A stretch of 64,000 nucleotides of DNA from Lama guanicoe (GCA_013239625.1 MU053304.1:1736001-1800000), one strand, 5' to 3'; shown: positions 48,287-62,900, counted from the first letter of the stretch. Translations and numbers: made by a program. The notes: a model not told the origin generated them from the sequence alone.

Positions 48287-49474
48287 TTTTCATTCTGGTC
48301 CAGTTTTTTGAAATCATTCTACATACCATCTACTCCCTTTTCTATGTGCTAGTGCTTGAAATACTTGGAGTCCATGCTCATTTCTTCATCTGATTGCCCC
48401 ACCCAATATTTTTCATCTCTAAGGTACACCTCACACATTCCCTTTAATTCCTGGTGACATCTCACCCTATCCCTTTTGGCACAGCACCAGAGTCACTCAT
48501 TTCCCCCTCCAACTCCTGACATCTTGTCACTCTTTCTGTTCCCAGAAATGGTTTACAAGTGAAACAGCAGCCCTGCGGGGTCTGCCTGACGCTCTCGTTA
48601 CAGACCCTTTACCTCTATCCACGGAGCCCAAGATCGCGTTCACTCTCAACACCAGGTCACACTGTAAATTAATATTGCACGTGTGGTTGACGTCACCTCC
48701 CAGTCTGTTTTTTTCCAGCTTGATGCTTCCATCTGTCCCATTCCAGACCTGGTCCCTAGGGATATTTGAAATGTACATATTTAGAATAGTTTTGCAGTAG
48801 CCGTTTACAGTCTCTGTGGCAGACAGCATAATCTCATGGAGGCCACGAGCTCGAGCCCCAGAGGCAGATGTGTGGGTCCCAAGCCTCGCTGAGCCGCTTG
48901 GCAGCTGTTTGAACTGTGACTGTGCCTCTCCCCAGGCCAGAGCTGAGGAGGAGGGTGATGTATATACTTCACAGTGACAGGGATTTAGATAGGAGCTGAC
49001 GGTAGACAAAATATGCATTTCTGGGAAGCACTTGATTAAGGTCTCTCTTGACATCGTTTTGATAAAATGGAGAAACATAGTTTCCATCAACTCTTTATCT
49101 CTTGAGATTAGGATATTTAGCCAGTTTTGAATTCATGTAAATATACTAAAAGGTGCTTAGAACAATGTCTAGCTTATGATATGTGCTCAGCAAACATTAG
49201 CACTGGCTGTTTTGGGCTAACATTATGCTATGCCTATTCCCCTATTTGTGGCAGTGTTTCTCCCTTTACCTCCTCTTCCTCTCTGCTTTCCTCCCCTCTA
49301 CAACTTCCTCCCCACCTTGCACATACAGCCCTAGAATACAGTATTGAAAGTCTGCTGTGTTTTCTTCTATACCTTCTTTCTCCAAGTCTTTTCACACAGG
49401 TACTGTTGAGTTTGGGGGCCCACGGTGACTTAACAATTTCTATATTGACTATATCTTGTTGGATATGAATCAAA

Positions 49475-49905
49475 TAGTGTGTTAAGGAAATTATACACTA
49501 CAAACAAATGGGACTTATTCCAGGTATTTAAGGCTGGCTCAACATTCAAAAACCTATTAATATAATCCACCCACCATATTAACAGCCAAAGAAGAAAAAT
49601 TGGTCCTAACTGTCATACCAATTAATGCAGAAAAAGCATTTGATAAAATTCAACATCCCCATTCATGATACAAACTCTTGAAAAAATAAGAATAAGATGG
49701 AACTTCCTCAACTTGATAAAGAACATCTATAAAAAATGTACGGCTGACATACCTCATGTGGAGGGTGTAGATCCTTTCTCCCTAAGACCCTCTCTCATCA
49801 CTCTTATTCAACAGAATACTAGAAGTCTTTGCTAGTGCAACAAGACAAAAAATAAAAAAAGAAACAGAGCATATATAGATTGAAAAGGAAGAAATAAAAG
49901 CACTC
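49475..49905 (+). mobile_element. L1 ORF2 (reverse transcriptase region) fragment, degenerate
   Basis: atgcagaaaaagcatttgataaaattcaacatcc encodes an AEKAFDKIQH-like L1 RT motif. Confidence 0.8.
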
Positions 49906-51718
49906 TTCATGGTTTTTTGCGTATTTCATACCCTCAACTTGTTCTGCAGTGTAAGTCTCATTTGAGATTGCTTTTATTGGAAGGATTTGGCTAACTTCTT
50001 ACATGCATTCTTGATTATAAGAGGTTTTTTTTTCCCTTGTAGGAGGATGCACTTTTATAATAGGGCCCCATAGACAGAGTTAAGCATAGTCTTAGGGCAT
50101 CAGAGTTGGGAGGCTGGCGGGGTATGAAAATTGCAAGTTTTGAGGTGAGTTATCCCCGAGTTCTCATCCCAGCCAGCCCCTCGCTTCCTGTTACTGTAAC
50201 TTTCTAAGCCTCAGCTCCCTACGTCAGAAAACAAGAGTAACGATATCTCCCTTGTAGTTTTGTTATGAGGATTAAATGTGGTAAAATAATATAAATCACC
50301 TTTACTAAAAACATATCCAGGACGTATGATTATTGCAGTGATGAATCCTCAGTGAAAAGGCACTAATGGGAGACAGGGTTCAGGGGAAAAACGAGGAGGG
50401 TTCACGGACAATGAGGTAGTTACTGTTGGTCTTGATGGGTGAGTAAGAGAGCAGTAATCAAGCTGCTCACTGCTGCTATGGAGAGAAAGTTCTAGGGCCT
50501 GTCTAAGTGGCAGTTGGTTGGATGGTCCTCAGCATAGCAGTGACTCATACAAATATTCCTTTATTTTTGATTCAGAGAGATTTGGGGTCATGATCTGTGG
50601 GACTAAGGGTGGAGAACGGAGTAATTAAGCTGGGAGCTTCTCAGGGTGCAGAACTAGTGACAATTCCAGCCACTTGCCTCTCCCTTCTTCCCATCCGGAG
50701 TCCTTACTCTTGTCTGCAATGTGTTCCTTGGAGCCTTACCAGCTTTTGCTGTTGCCCTTGCAAGTGCAGAGTTTCTCTGTCAAGGGTCCCCCATCTCCTT
50801 GTCTCTGCTGACTTAGCCACTTATCTGGTGGTTTTTCAGAGGATGAGAAAGCATCTCTTACAATGGCCAAAAGTGAAAGTGGCTAGGGAGAGGGGCTGGG
50901 GAGAACACAGCCGGGACAATCTGAGGTCTGACCCTTAGAGCTATCAAAGCATGGAGTCTGGACCTTGCCTCTGGAACAGGAAATGCACAGTATAGGCCTT
51001 TATCTCATATCATCTCTTCGTCTCGTCAGTTGCTGAAGTGCCTCTGCAACACTGATACTCTGTGGAAACATAACACCCCAGAGTCTTCGTTTGGAAATAA
51101 GCTACCAATGCCATGACACGTTGCCTGTGAAGATGGGTGTCTCCTCTCACACGCTCGCTTTCTCAGAGATAATACACAGTGACTGCTGTTCCCATTCTAA
51201 GCTTTACCATACCCTTCCTTCTTGCTTTACATTTAGGCTGCTCCTCTTTTCCTAGTTTCCTAAGGTGGAATGTTAGGTTATTTACGTGAGGCCCTTCCGT
51301 CTTTAACAGAGGTGTTGCAACTATACATCTCCCTCCAAGCACTGCTTTCCCTTCATCCCATACCTTTTGCTATGATATATTTTTGTTTTTTATTAATCTC
51401 AAAGCATTTTCTGATTTTCCTCATGGTTTCATTTTTGGCTTATATATATATGTCTATTCTAATTCCCCTCAGAGTGCACCGCTGTGAGTGGCTGCAGAGG
51501 CCAGGCTGCAGGCAGAGGTGGGGGAGCTGGTGAGAAGCCCAGACTAGAGGGTGGAGGGCCCAGGAAGAAAGAGGCATTACAGACCGCGATCTTCTATTTT
51601 CCACAATTCCTGAAAAGTTCCTCCGTGTAGGTTGGGGGTGGTGTGGTGTGTGTGTGCACGTGTGTTTGTTAACGGTTAGAAAATCATGGAAGAGGAGATG
51701 GAGAGAGCTCCTGGACTG

Positions 51719-52200
51719 TGTCGACTAAGAAAAAAAATGCATAAACCTAAGAGTGTGAGATTTCTGTTCTCTTTGGCGGACATAGTGAGGGTATAAGCCT
51801 GGGAGGTGGCCTCTCAGGTAGCTCTGAGGGACTTTTCCAAGAGGTAAGGGAGGAGCCAGGATATACAGGAGTTTTTGCCAAAACAACAACAACAACATAA
51901 CAATGACAACAACAAAACACCAAAAAAAAAAACAAAAAACCCCAAAACCAAGTAGTCAGCATCAAAAGATTGCTGTTAATTAAAGAAAAAGCAGATATCT
52001 CAAGTTAATGAATTTAGCACTTTTCAGTGTATGGGAAGATGCGAGACTCAGGGCTTATTGAAATCGTTCCCTTGATAAGCACCTTAACTATCTAGGACCA
52101 CATCCTGGTTTTTTTCCATCCTGAATCCCCTCAGGTGCACAGTCAGGGGTGGCTGCAGTGGCTGGATGGCCCCAACGTCCTTTGTTACTGATCTAGTACA
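51719..52200 (-). mobile_element. ERV1-type solo LTR; related fragment at about 51460-51500
   Basis: TG...CA ends; tcccctcaggtgcac...gtggctgcag is echoed at 51464. Confidence 0.6.
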
Positions 52201-52294
52201 TAACTTCCCATACCCGGAAGTCAGAAGGCAGGAACATGTTCTTTCTGTCTAAGTCATGCATCTGTTTGGGTGGGTCCCTCTTCCTGCTTTCTTT

Positions 52295-52470
52295 TCTTTT
52301 TTAATTGAAGTATAGTTGATTTGCAATGTTGTGTTAATTTCAGATATACAGCACAATGATTCAGTTACACGCACACACACACACATCTATTTTTTTTCAG
52401 ATTCTTTTCCATTAAAGGTTATTACAAGATACTGCATGTAGTTCCTTGGGCTATACAGTAGGACCTTATT
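52295..52470 (-). mobile_element. L1 3' end fragment
   Basis: ttaattgaagtatagttgattt...gttccttgggctatacagtaggacc. Confidence 0.75.
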
Positions 52471-53959
52471 TCTATTTCAGTTTTAATGTCCATGAAAACA
52501 GTATTGATGAACTAGTCTAAAGTATTTCTGGCTAGAAATTCTTTAGTTCTATGAGGTAGAAGCCTGAAAAATATAGCAAACCACATTAAAGTGTAACAGT
52601 AAGGGCTTGAAACTTTTTTGAACTTATTTTTTGAAAGTATTTTTCTTTTTTATATATACTATGAAATAAAAGAACTACTGCGTCCTGCACTGAGCTGTGA
52701 CATCTTTATTTTTACCTTTAGTATTTGAACAGTGCCCTGAACCAAGAATTCCCTGCGTCACAGCCTTTCTAGGGACAAAGCATGGAGCATGGTGTGTCTC
52801 ATTACAGGAAGGAAGCAGCCTCCTGCTCAATGAGTTCAGATTACATGCAGATAGGATGGGTCATTGTCACCAACATCAATAATGAAAGATGGGTGGCTGT
52901 GTAGGGCACCAAAAAAGCATGTTGATAAATCCTCTTACCTGAGAACTCATCAGAAGTTTTGCTGAGATCAGGAGTTGCATTTTTAACACCACAGAACATT
53001 TGCACATGCTGTGAGCTGAAATTTACACTGGTGATCTCAGGGTCTCTTTCCGTTTCCCTTTATTTACAGGAGGATTAATTTATCAGCTTACCTTTTATCA
53101 CCAAGGCTAATTCTGCTCGAGGTAAACAGCAGGATAGGTAAGTTTCCTGTAGGGCTTTGTCCATCTTGTAGCACCTCCCCCAACAAAGTTCTAGACCTGT
53201 GTTGTTTGCATGCTTTCTCTTCTGCCCTTGGGTCCAAATTTACTCTCAGCCGTTCCACGTAGCCAGAGGCAAATGACTGATAACTGTTTGCAGCTCTTCC
53301 TAGGAATATTTTCAAATAAAGAGGTACCAAGTAGCAACACAACAGAGCGTCAAGAATAGCAGATAAGTGACACCCCATGGGCTGATCCTCATTGTTCTAT
53401 TATGATTGTCGAGGGAGCTGTGGTGGGGAGGATTGTGAGGCCACATCAAAGCCAGGGAGTGAAGAGTATCCTGAGTGATTAGTGATGTCTGCCGTGGGTT
53501 AGCAGGCGTTACCATGGTGTACAGGACACTGCTAAGCCTGGTGTACAGGGAAGATATCTGTTCTCCAGTTCCTCTGAATTGGGTTTGATTATGAGTCCTG
53601 CCACTGAGTTATGGACTGAATTACTGGGAGAAATAAAGAAAGGCTGTGAATTAAATGAGAAGATGTGTGTAAAGTGCTCAGAAGAGTAATGGACTAGAAA
53701 TCAGTTCAGCTTCCCCAGGCTGTGAATTCTCAAACCTATCTTATTCATCATTGTACTCTGGCATAATGCCAGGCCCATCATAGCCCCTCCATAAATATTT
53801 GTTGAAATAATGTATGTTGCATATAGAGGTTAAACGGGTTAAAGGAGTGAATCTGGTGACTGGATTTGAAGACTCAGTTCAACAAATAGGGAAAAATTTA
53901 GGTGGTCACTGGGGCTTTCCTACAGGCTCCTGAAGTCTCTCTTTATAGATTTTCCTCCT

Positions 53960-54690
53960 TTTTTAAAAACTTAAAACAATTATTATTTAAGTAAAACAAG
54001 CGCCCAGAGAAGAGCACAAATCACAAGGGGACATTACTCTGTGAGTTTTCACACAATGTAACCATGATCCTCGTAAAAATCAGAGCAACACTAGCACCCC
54101 AGAATGCTGGGGTTGCCTCCTCCCATTGGCAGCTACTCCCTCCTCCCAGAGATACCCCATCCTGATTTCTAACATTACATATGAATTTTGTTCTTTATTT
54201 TGTGAGAGTCAACTGTGTTGTTGCATGGAGTTGTAAGTTGTTCATTTTTATTCCAGCAAATGAATACACCATAATTTGTCTATTTATCTGATGGACATTT
54301 TGGTGGTTTCCAGTTTTTAGTTACTATAAATAAAATTGCAACGGACATTTTAGTACATGTATTTTGGTGCTTTTGATCCACATTTCTGTGGGATGTGAGT
54401 AAAACCTTGGAGTGAATTTGACAAGTCACAGGGTGTGTTCACGTTCAACATTAGCAGGTATCACCAAAAGGTTGTCCAAAGTGCTCATACCAATTTACAT
54501 CCCGCCAGCAGTGTCTGCAAGTCCCCACTGCTCTGTGTCCTTGTCAGCATTTATCATTGTCGGTCTTTTTAATTTTAGCCATTCCAGTAGATGTGTCATA
54601 TTATTTATTTCGGTTTTAACTTGCATCTCCCTGATGACTGATGAGCCTCTTTTTATATATTTACTGTCCCTTTGAATAGCCTCTTTATTG
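53960..54690 (-). mobile_element. Old L1M 3' fragment
   Basis: gatggacatttt...ttccagttttt...ttttagccattc...ttgcatctccctgatgact. Confidence 0.7.
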
Positions 54691-56699
54691 AATCCTCCTT
54701 TTATTTTTTTAAGATTATGCCTAACAGTTGGAATTTTAATTTAAAAAAATTTTTTATTTAGGTATAGTTATTTATGGAATTTTAATTTTTAATGAGTATA
54801 TGTTATTGATTATACTTGCTAGAAGTTATCAAATTCTGGTTTCCATAAATCCAGGACTCCTATAGTAAACTTGTTGCTAATTTCTTATCTTTAAGGAGAA
54901 AGGTCAGTATCTAGATGCATAGTTTCTATACATTCTCCATTCTCAAGGGGATGTAAGGCTTTTGGAATGGCCATCAAATACTTTCTATTGTGTATTTTAA
55001 AAAAAGTATTTAAAATAAAAATGTAAAAATTCTCCCACCCAGCAAATCCAAATCTAGACCAGTGCTATCATGTGACTTTTTTAGGTGTCACTCTGCTAGA
55101 GAGAATCAAAATGCTTGCAGGTTTTAAAACATCCAGAGGTGCAGTAGAACCATGCCATGAACAGCCTGCCCAGAGGCTCTTTGTCTTGTCATCTCTGGTG
55201 TTCCTGGTTCCCATCCATCTCTTGCACCTGGACTCTGCCTCCTGGCCAGTCCTTTCGAGCTTTGCCCTTGGTTGGATTGTTTGTCCCTTGATGCTGTTAC
55301 TACCTCAGTTTTGGCTCCTGGCTCTGCAGCCCATAATGTTCCCCCTGCCACCACCCCTGAGCCCTGCTCAGATCCCACAGTTCCAAAGCATTTAGTCCCA
55401 TCCATGGTCCTTTGGGATTTATTCCCAGAACATAAGCATGAGTCAATGTCAAAAAAAAAATCTATTTTTATTTTTTTCTGGAATTAAAAAATACCCTGTG
55501 GGCCCTGGATTATGTGATGAGCGTTCCTAAATATTTGACTTCTAAAATTCATCATAGTTGATAACCAGGATGGTGATACAAAATCTTGATAGCCTTACAA
55601 TGCACTGTAGAAAGAGCTGCAATTATGAGCATTCATTTAAGCAGTTTTCAGTAGAAGAGGGGGCGGGCTCACCTTGGGCTAATTTGTACATTCAGAAAAA
55701 TGGCTGAGCATGTGCTGCGTTCCCCTGATGAGCTGTCACGTGTATATAAATGTTGTCTGGCTTGTGTCTGTTAATTCTCATCTCGGCAGCAAATGGAACC
55801 TTGGCTACTGAGTAGTTTTTAATCAGGCTGTGACATCTGCATCTAAATAAATTGGCTTAATCTTGAGAAAATAATTGCAGTTGGTACGGCTCACGGTTCC
55901 ACTAACGTCCTTTAATATTCATAGCCCATTCTTTGAAGGATGCTCGGATGACACATTATCCCTTGCCGCACAAAAGGTCACATGATGCTGCGATGACATT
56001 GATGGTGATGTGGACCCAGTGCTTCCGCTAATGACCAAGCAGAGTGACACTCCAGCCCAGGAGAGCTGGAGCACTTAAGGCTCACAGGGAAAAACTCCTT
56101 CCTGTTACCGACTCTTTAGCTTTTCCTTGTAATTTAATTAGATTCCAAAAAATAAATCTGCTTTCTCTTGTGTGCTGTCAGCAAAAATAGAAGTGTATAC
56201 ACTGTCTTCTGAGTTGCTGATTTTACTTGGAGAGCAGTTAAGCCTAACATTTTCTAGATTTTTTTTTTTTAATAACCAACCTCTTATTTCATTAGTGTCT
56301 TTGGAAAGATTTATAAAAAATACGCGAAGAGACACACTGTCCTTTCAGTAGGAGAACAAGGCTTTCTGTGTAAGGACATGAGACCAAACCCTGGCACTAT
56401 TTTTGGAAATGTGTGATAGGAAAGTACTATGGGTACCAAATAAAGTGATTTTGTGGGTTTAAAATAGCAGTTTGCGTGTCAAGTTTATCTTTAAGGATAA
56501 AATAATTAGAAATAGCTAACAGACCACTTACAGATGGAATTTGAGATAGAAGTAAATCTTTAGCAGCACTTCTGTCCCTATTGAATCACTCTTCTTCCTT
56601 ATTTTGCTCAACCCTGTTACTTGTCACTCACCCCTGCTGGTAAAGATGGCCCCACCATCCCCCACTGAAGTATCCACTTCTCTGCCTCCATCACAAAGA

Positions 56700-57120
56700 C
56701 ACCTTCCCTTCCCCTACTGCTGCCCACAACCCTCCACTCCTCACCATCTCAGTAAATGGCAATTCCATTTATCCAGCTATTCAGGACCCAAATCTAGGGC
56801 TCATCTTTGACTCTTCTCTCTCAGTCTTAGTCCATGGCCACTGCATCCTGTGTTGCTTCAATGCCCCAAATATGCCCCAAATTTGACCACTTCTCTCCAC
56901 CTCCATCCCAACCATCCTGCTAAATTTAAGCTGCCCACCATCACTTCCTCCTCCCACCCTCCTTCGCAGTCCCTCCACCCACAGCGAGCCACACTGGTCC
57001 TCTTATGTTAATTCAGTTCTCTCATTCCTTAGCTTCCCTACTGGAAGGAAAAAAAAAAAATCTAAGCTCTGTGTTGTGGCCCACAGCCCTGGTTTTCTCT
57101 AATTCCCTCTTGCTCGTGTT
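56700..57120 (+). mobile_element. L2 LINE fragment
   Basis: catctcagtaaatggcaattccatt...ctcatctttgactcttctctc...ccacttctctccacctcc. Confidence 0.6.
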
Positions 57121-58089
57121 CCTGCAGCTGGGTTGGGTTTTTTCAGTTTCATGAACCAGCTCCTACAAAGAAATAAGAAAGAAACTGCTAACACAGTAGA
57201 ATATTAGGCAGGGGCTCCCAGACTGAGTTTATTGCAGAGTGTTGGCAGCATCTCAGAGAGCGAAAGGCAAAGCTGGATCCTGTTGGGAATGTGAAGTCTG
57301 GTTTAAGCGCATCTTTCAGTGCAGGGGGTTGATGAGGACTGGATAGGAACCGTGATACACCAAGATTTGGATTGTTGGAAATGGCAAGGCAAATATTTTG
57401 AGGCAAAAGGGTTTTAGGGCTTAAACTTTTGGTGGTTTTATTAAAGAATTGGTGAGTCTTTCGAAAGTTTCTGTAATAGATTATCAAGTGATTTGCCTGG
57501 AATGGAGATTCCTGGAATAGTAAAGTGATACCAGCGAAGACAAGGGCATAATGAAGTCATGTTACTGTCGAGTCTGCATTGTAGACTATAGGACATGTAT
57601 GTGTGTACGTGGCAGGTAACTGTCACCTCAGGTCCAAGCGGTGTATGGAGGTGGATGGTCTTGGTTCTCAGAAGAATCCATCCACAGAAAAGAAAATGCA
57701 GATGTCTCTGAAGTATATGAAAAGATGCTCGATTTGACTCATGATGAGAAATATATTTGAGAACTACACTGAGTTTTTCTTTCACCTATTAGATTTTCAA
57801 AGATCAAAAAGTTTGATAGAATCTTATGATGGAGAAGAAAACAGAGAATCCTACACATTTCTGGTGGGAATAAAAATTGATAGAGTCTATGAGGAGGGCA
57901 ATCTGACAATACCTGTTGAACTATAAGCTCGCATTCTTGCTCTTCTGTCCAATGAAAATGACCTCCTGTAAGTATTTATCCAACCAGTCTGCTAATATCC
58001 ACAGGAGCCAGTGTCCTGTAGAACACATTTTGGGAGGTGCTCTTTAAGGATAATAATTAACCCTTCAATTCTGATGAAAGTTGCAAATG

Positions 58090-59530
58090 TTTTTCTCAGT
58101 GTTTTAACTTTGCATATGGTGATTTTTGCCATGTGAAGTGTTGTGATTTTTATGTTGACAAATGTTTTGATCCTTTTTAAAATGGCTTCTGCATATGTGT
58201 CCCTCTCCCAGGATTATAAAAATATCCTGTCTTTTTTCTTTTTTGGCTTTTTTTTTGGCTTAGTTTTTTGAGTTACATTTAAATCTTGGGTCCAGTTGAA
58301 GCTTATTTGGGTGTAAGTTGTGAGGTATCTATTCAATGCTCTTATTTTCCATGTTGCGACACAGTTGTTTCTATACTATTTATTGAGCAATTCATCTGGT
58401 TCATCACATATACTAAATTCTCACAAATATTTATTTCTATCTTTGGACTCCCTCATCTATTTCATAAATGTGTCTGTGCATTTAATGTGTCAGTCTTTCA
58501 ATTACTGTAATTTTATTTTAGGTTTTGAGTTGGTAGAGTTAGTCTCACCTTGTTGCCTTCTTGCTCAGAAGTTTCCTGTTTATTTTTCATGTGAGCTTTA
58601 GAACCAGCTTGACTAATTCCATCGTCTAAAATCTCACTGGTGAATTAATTCATTCCGTTAAATAGACAGATTAGCTTAGAGGCATTTCTATTGTCTGACG
58701 TTAAGTCTTCCCATCCAAGTGCACGGTATGCCTTTATATTTGTTTAAGTCTATTTTGTGTTCTTCAGCAAAATTTTAACGTTTTCTTCAACAGGGATTTG
58801 ACATTCTTGTTACGTTTGTTGCTAAATTTTTTCTTTTTGGTTTCTAATATAAATAGGAATCCCCCATTTCTATACCTGTTAGGCTGCTTGTTATTTGTAG
58901 ATATGAAGGTTTTGATTCTGTATACTTATTTTGTACCCAGACATTGTATGAGCTTCTCTTGTTGTTTGTAATGTAATTCTAGTTGGGTTCTCTAGGCATG
59001 CAATCGTATTGTCTGCATAGAATGACAACTTCACCTCCTTTCCAGTTCTGTATCTATGCATTTCCTTTTGAATAATTGCTTGGGCTGATACCTCAAGAAC
59101 AATATTAAATGATAATGGTGATGGTGAATAATGTTTCATTTTCATCTTTAATGAGGTTGCTTCCAGTAATCCTTCATTAATCATGGTCCTGACTTTTGGG
59201 TTGAGATAGATACTTTGTATTATGATAAGAAAGTACCTATCTTTTCCCATTTTATTAAGACTATGCTCAAGAACTTATGTTGCATTTTATCAAATGCTTT
59301 TTCAGCATTTATGAAGATCATAGGATTTTTCCTCCTTAAATCTATTGATATAAGTCAATAGATTTTTCTGATATTTAATCATGCTTTTACTTGGGGAATA
59401 AACCTTACATGGCCAGTAGATGTTAATTTTTAAATGAGTTGACGGATTATTTTGCTGATTTTTAAGGATCTTTACATCAATTTTTTTTTGTATGTGTCTG
59501 CAACTTTGTTGAGTTTTGCAGTCCACGGTT
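58090..59530 (-). mobile_element. Old L1 ORF2 fragment, degenerate
   Basis: Minus-strand ORF 58891..59250 (SPLSFNIVLEV..EVKLSFYADNTIACLENP) is an L1 RT relic. Confidence 0.85.
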
Positions 59531-59664
59531 TATATATTGGAAAAACAGCAAGAATGTGACTGGGATCATATGGCCAGCTCTGAAGTGGTCTCTGTCACTA
59601 GGGGAATGCTCAGGCCTAGATCACATGACCACTCTTGAATCTGAGATGAGATCAGTTTCTTCTT

Positions 59665-60995
59665 ATTTATTTATTATTTATTTATTTAATTTTATTTAAT
59701 CACTTTACTGAGATATGATTTACATACAAAAAGCTGTGCGTATTTAATGTACACAACTTGATGAGTTTGGAGATGAGCAGACATCTGTGAAGCCAGCACC
59801 ACAATCTATGCTGTATCCATCATCTCTAGAAGTTTTCTCTTTGTTATTATTATTATTATTGATAAGAACACTTAACATAAGATCTACTCTCTTAGCAAGT
59901 TGTTAAGTACATGAACAGAATTGTTAACGACAGGCTCGCTGCTGGGCAGTGGACGGCTAGGACTTACTCATCGTGCGTAACTGACGCTCCGCACCCGTCA
60001 CTAATACATCTCCTTTTCCTCTTCCCCTCAGTCACTGGCGACCTCCATTCCATTCCACTCTCTTCTTCTATGAGCTTGACTATTTTACAGTCCTCCTCTA
60101 AGTGATCATGTATTTGTCCTCCTGTGTCTGCTTATTTCACTTTGCATAAAGTCCCCCAAGTTCATCTATATTGTAGCAGATGACAAGATTTCTTTTTTTA
60201 AGGCTTTATAATATAGTCCATTGTGTGTGTGTGTGTATGTTTATATACAACTTTCCTCTATCCATTGGTTTGTCAATGGATATTTATGTTGCTTCTGTTT
60301 CTTGGCTACTGTGAATAAGGCTACCATGAACGTGGGAATTCAGATATCTCTTTGATATCCTGATTTTAATTCCTTTGGATATACACCCAGAGGAGAGGAT
60401 TTGCTGGACTATATAATAGTTCCATTTTTAAGTTTTTGAGGAACATCCATACTGTTTTCCATAGTGACTGCACCAATTTACATTCCTACCAGCAGGGTAC
60501 CAGGGTTCCCTTTGCTCTACATCCTTGCCCACCCTTATCATCTTTTTTTTTTTAACAATAAACATCCTGACAGGTGTGATGTGATATCTCCTTGTGGTTT
60601 TGAAGTGAATTTCCCTGATGATTAGTGACGTAGAGCACCTTTTTATACACCTGTTGGCCATTTGCTTGTCTTCTTTGAGAACTATGTCTATTCAATTCCA
60701 TTGCCCATCTTTAAATTGGGTTATCTGGGGGTTCTGTTATTGTTGTTGCTGAATTGAAGGGGTTCCTTACATATTTTTTGGCTATTGACCCTTTATCAGC
60801 TATGTGACTTGCAAATATTTTCTCCCATTCCATAGGTTCCCTTTTCATTTTGTTGATTGTTTCCTCTGCTGTGTGGAAGCCTTTCGGTTTGACATAGTCC
60901 TACCTGTCTATTTTTTCTTTTGTTGCCTGTGTGTTTAATGTCATATCCAAGAAGTCAGTGCCAAGACCAGTGTCAAGAAGATCTTCCTCTATGTT
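59665..60995 (-). mobile_element. L1 (L1MA/MB-type) 3' fragment with (TTTA)n tail
   Basis: Minus-strand ORF 60428..60661 ([21 protein letters not shown]) matches the L1 ORF2 C-terminus; L1 3'UTR phrases present. Confidence 0.85.
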
Positions 60996-62659
60996 TTTTT
61001 GGGGTCAGTTTCCCTTGAAGTACACGAGCTCAGAGTTGGATTAGGTTTGGTTCCTCCCAAGCAAAACAGGGCCCAGTTACCAAAAGAAGGAGGGGTACTA
61101 GGGGGAGAAAACAGCCGGCCCACTCTACGCAGAGCTGGCGGTAGTCCAGCTTGGATGCTTCCAACTGCCTCTGCAGCAGCACGGGATGTGCCTCTGCTGG
61201 TGCTTGTGTGGTCGTCAGGAGAACTCATTAGCTCTGGATTGACAACTTCCAGACTTCTTTCATGTGGGAGAAAAAACTCCTAATTTAAGTCCTTAAGTAA
61301 GAAAAACATCTTCCATATAGAAATAAAAGCGTGAAATTTTTTTTTATGTCAGCAAAGCCAGCGTGGGCATTTCCATTGGCACTGGAGAAGGCACTACAGC
61401 TATTTCATGGCATTCTATTCAAGGTCCCGAGTGAATTTGGGAGCAAAGGAGAGGCCTTGAACTGAACCTCCTTATTTTTCAAGCCAGTTGATGTAGATTC
61501 CTTCCTGAAAACAGTCCTATATTCTAGTAGAGCACATTCCTTGTAAGAAAAAAATTGAAACTAAAAACAATTATTGAGTTGAACATAATTCTCATGTTCT
61601 CAAGAGTCTTTGTGAAAAGATCTGATTTTCATATGGTGGTAGTTGAAGTGCTTTATGAAATATTTATAGAGGGAAGATAGGCTTCCTTGCTGTCTTTTCA
61701 TTCAAGACTTCTCATTTAAACTTGCCCTGGATCAAATCAATTTTAGAGTGATATTGTAAAAGAAATTAAAGCTGTTTTAAACTGCTGCTGGAACAGTGGT
61801 TTAATTCAAATCAGGGCAAGTCTAGAGGGAAGAAAGTAAATGCAAACGTGTCTTAAACACAGCATTTAGGAATCGTTCAATGACAATTCAGTGTAAAATA
61901 ACCTGGATATATAAGCTAAAACACTTAAATGCCTAATTACAAAAAAGGATACTACTAATTAAAAGAATAAGATAATGGTTCTGGTGCTGTGACTGGAATG
62001 CACGCAAATCATATTTATTCTTTGTGAAGACTCTTCAAAGGCACTTAAAACTCCCATGTACTTAATATTTATATGTTTACACTACCTTTTGATTCGATTG
62101 CCTCTTACGTAGGAAATAATCGGAGTGGAGGAAAGGCAGTCTGGGGAAGTGGAAAAAAGCATAAACTTGTGGAATTCAGAGGACTGAGTTCTCGTTCAGG
62201 GTCTGCTCCTGCCCAGCCTGGAGCAGTGGTTAATTTCCTCAATGCCTCACCTTTCTCCTCAGGAAAGTCTGTCAGAGTCCCGTCCCATTTTCACAGCCTG
62301 TAATTCTCCAAGTCAGGAGCAGCAGTGCACCTTACAAGGAAAGCAAGTGAACAACAAAGCTAAACCTTCAAGAGCCTCCCCCAACAGTAAACCAAAGAGC
62401 AGGCACTGTGCATCATTCCATATACTCACTCCTGGTACATACATGATACATATGCACAGTACAAAGATCACACACACACGACACGACACACACATACACA
62501 ACACACATCACATATCCATATATGAAACATACATCATATAGACATATAGCTATGATGCACACGTTGTATGTGCATTATATATATGTATGTATATATATAT
62601 TTCAGTACCTACCAAGCATCAGACTCTGCATTGCAGGAAATTCATTTAGCAGATGCAGG

Positions 62660-62900
62660 ATAGAGGTTCAAAATACAGGCTTTTCAGCCAGATTCTTCTC
62701 TAGGAGTCCTGGCCACTCTATTTGCTGGGTGAGTTTAGACCTTTTCCTTAACCTCATTGCACCTCAATTTTGTCTTTTTAAAATTAGGCACAAATCTTAG
62801 TTTCTGCCTCATGATGCTGGCACTTGGATTACATGAGATAATATGTAAAATATACTCATATTAATGCCCAGTACATTGCACAGATTCAATTCGCTACCAC
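62660..62900 (+). mobile_element. MIR SINE
   Basis: ccttaacctcattgcacctcaattttgtcttttt...ggattacatgagataatatgtaaa. Confidence 0.6.

Noticed and set aside
48527..49090. Longest ORF in the track (187 aa, minus strand)
   Set aside because: No recognisable domain or coding-like composition, overlaps MIR-like sequence; likely a chance ORF.
58891..60661. ORFs with reverse-transcriptase-like peptides
   Set aside because: Fragmented, frameshifted L1 ORF2 relics; not an intact retroelement or a new RT system.
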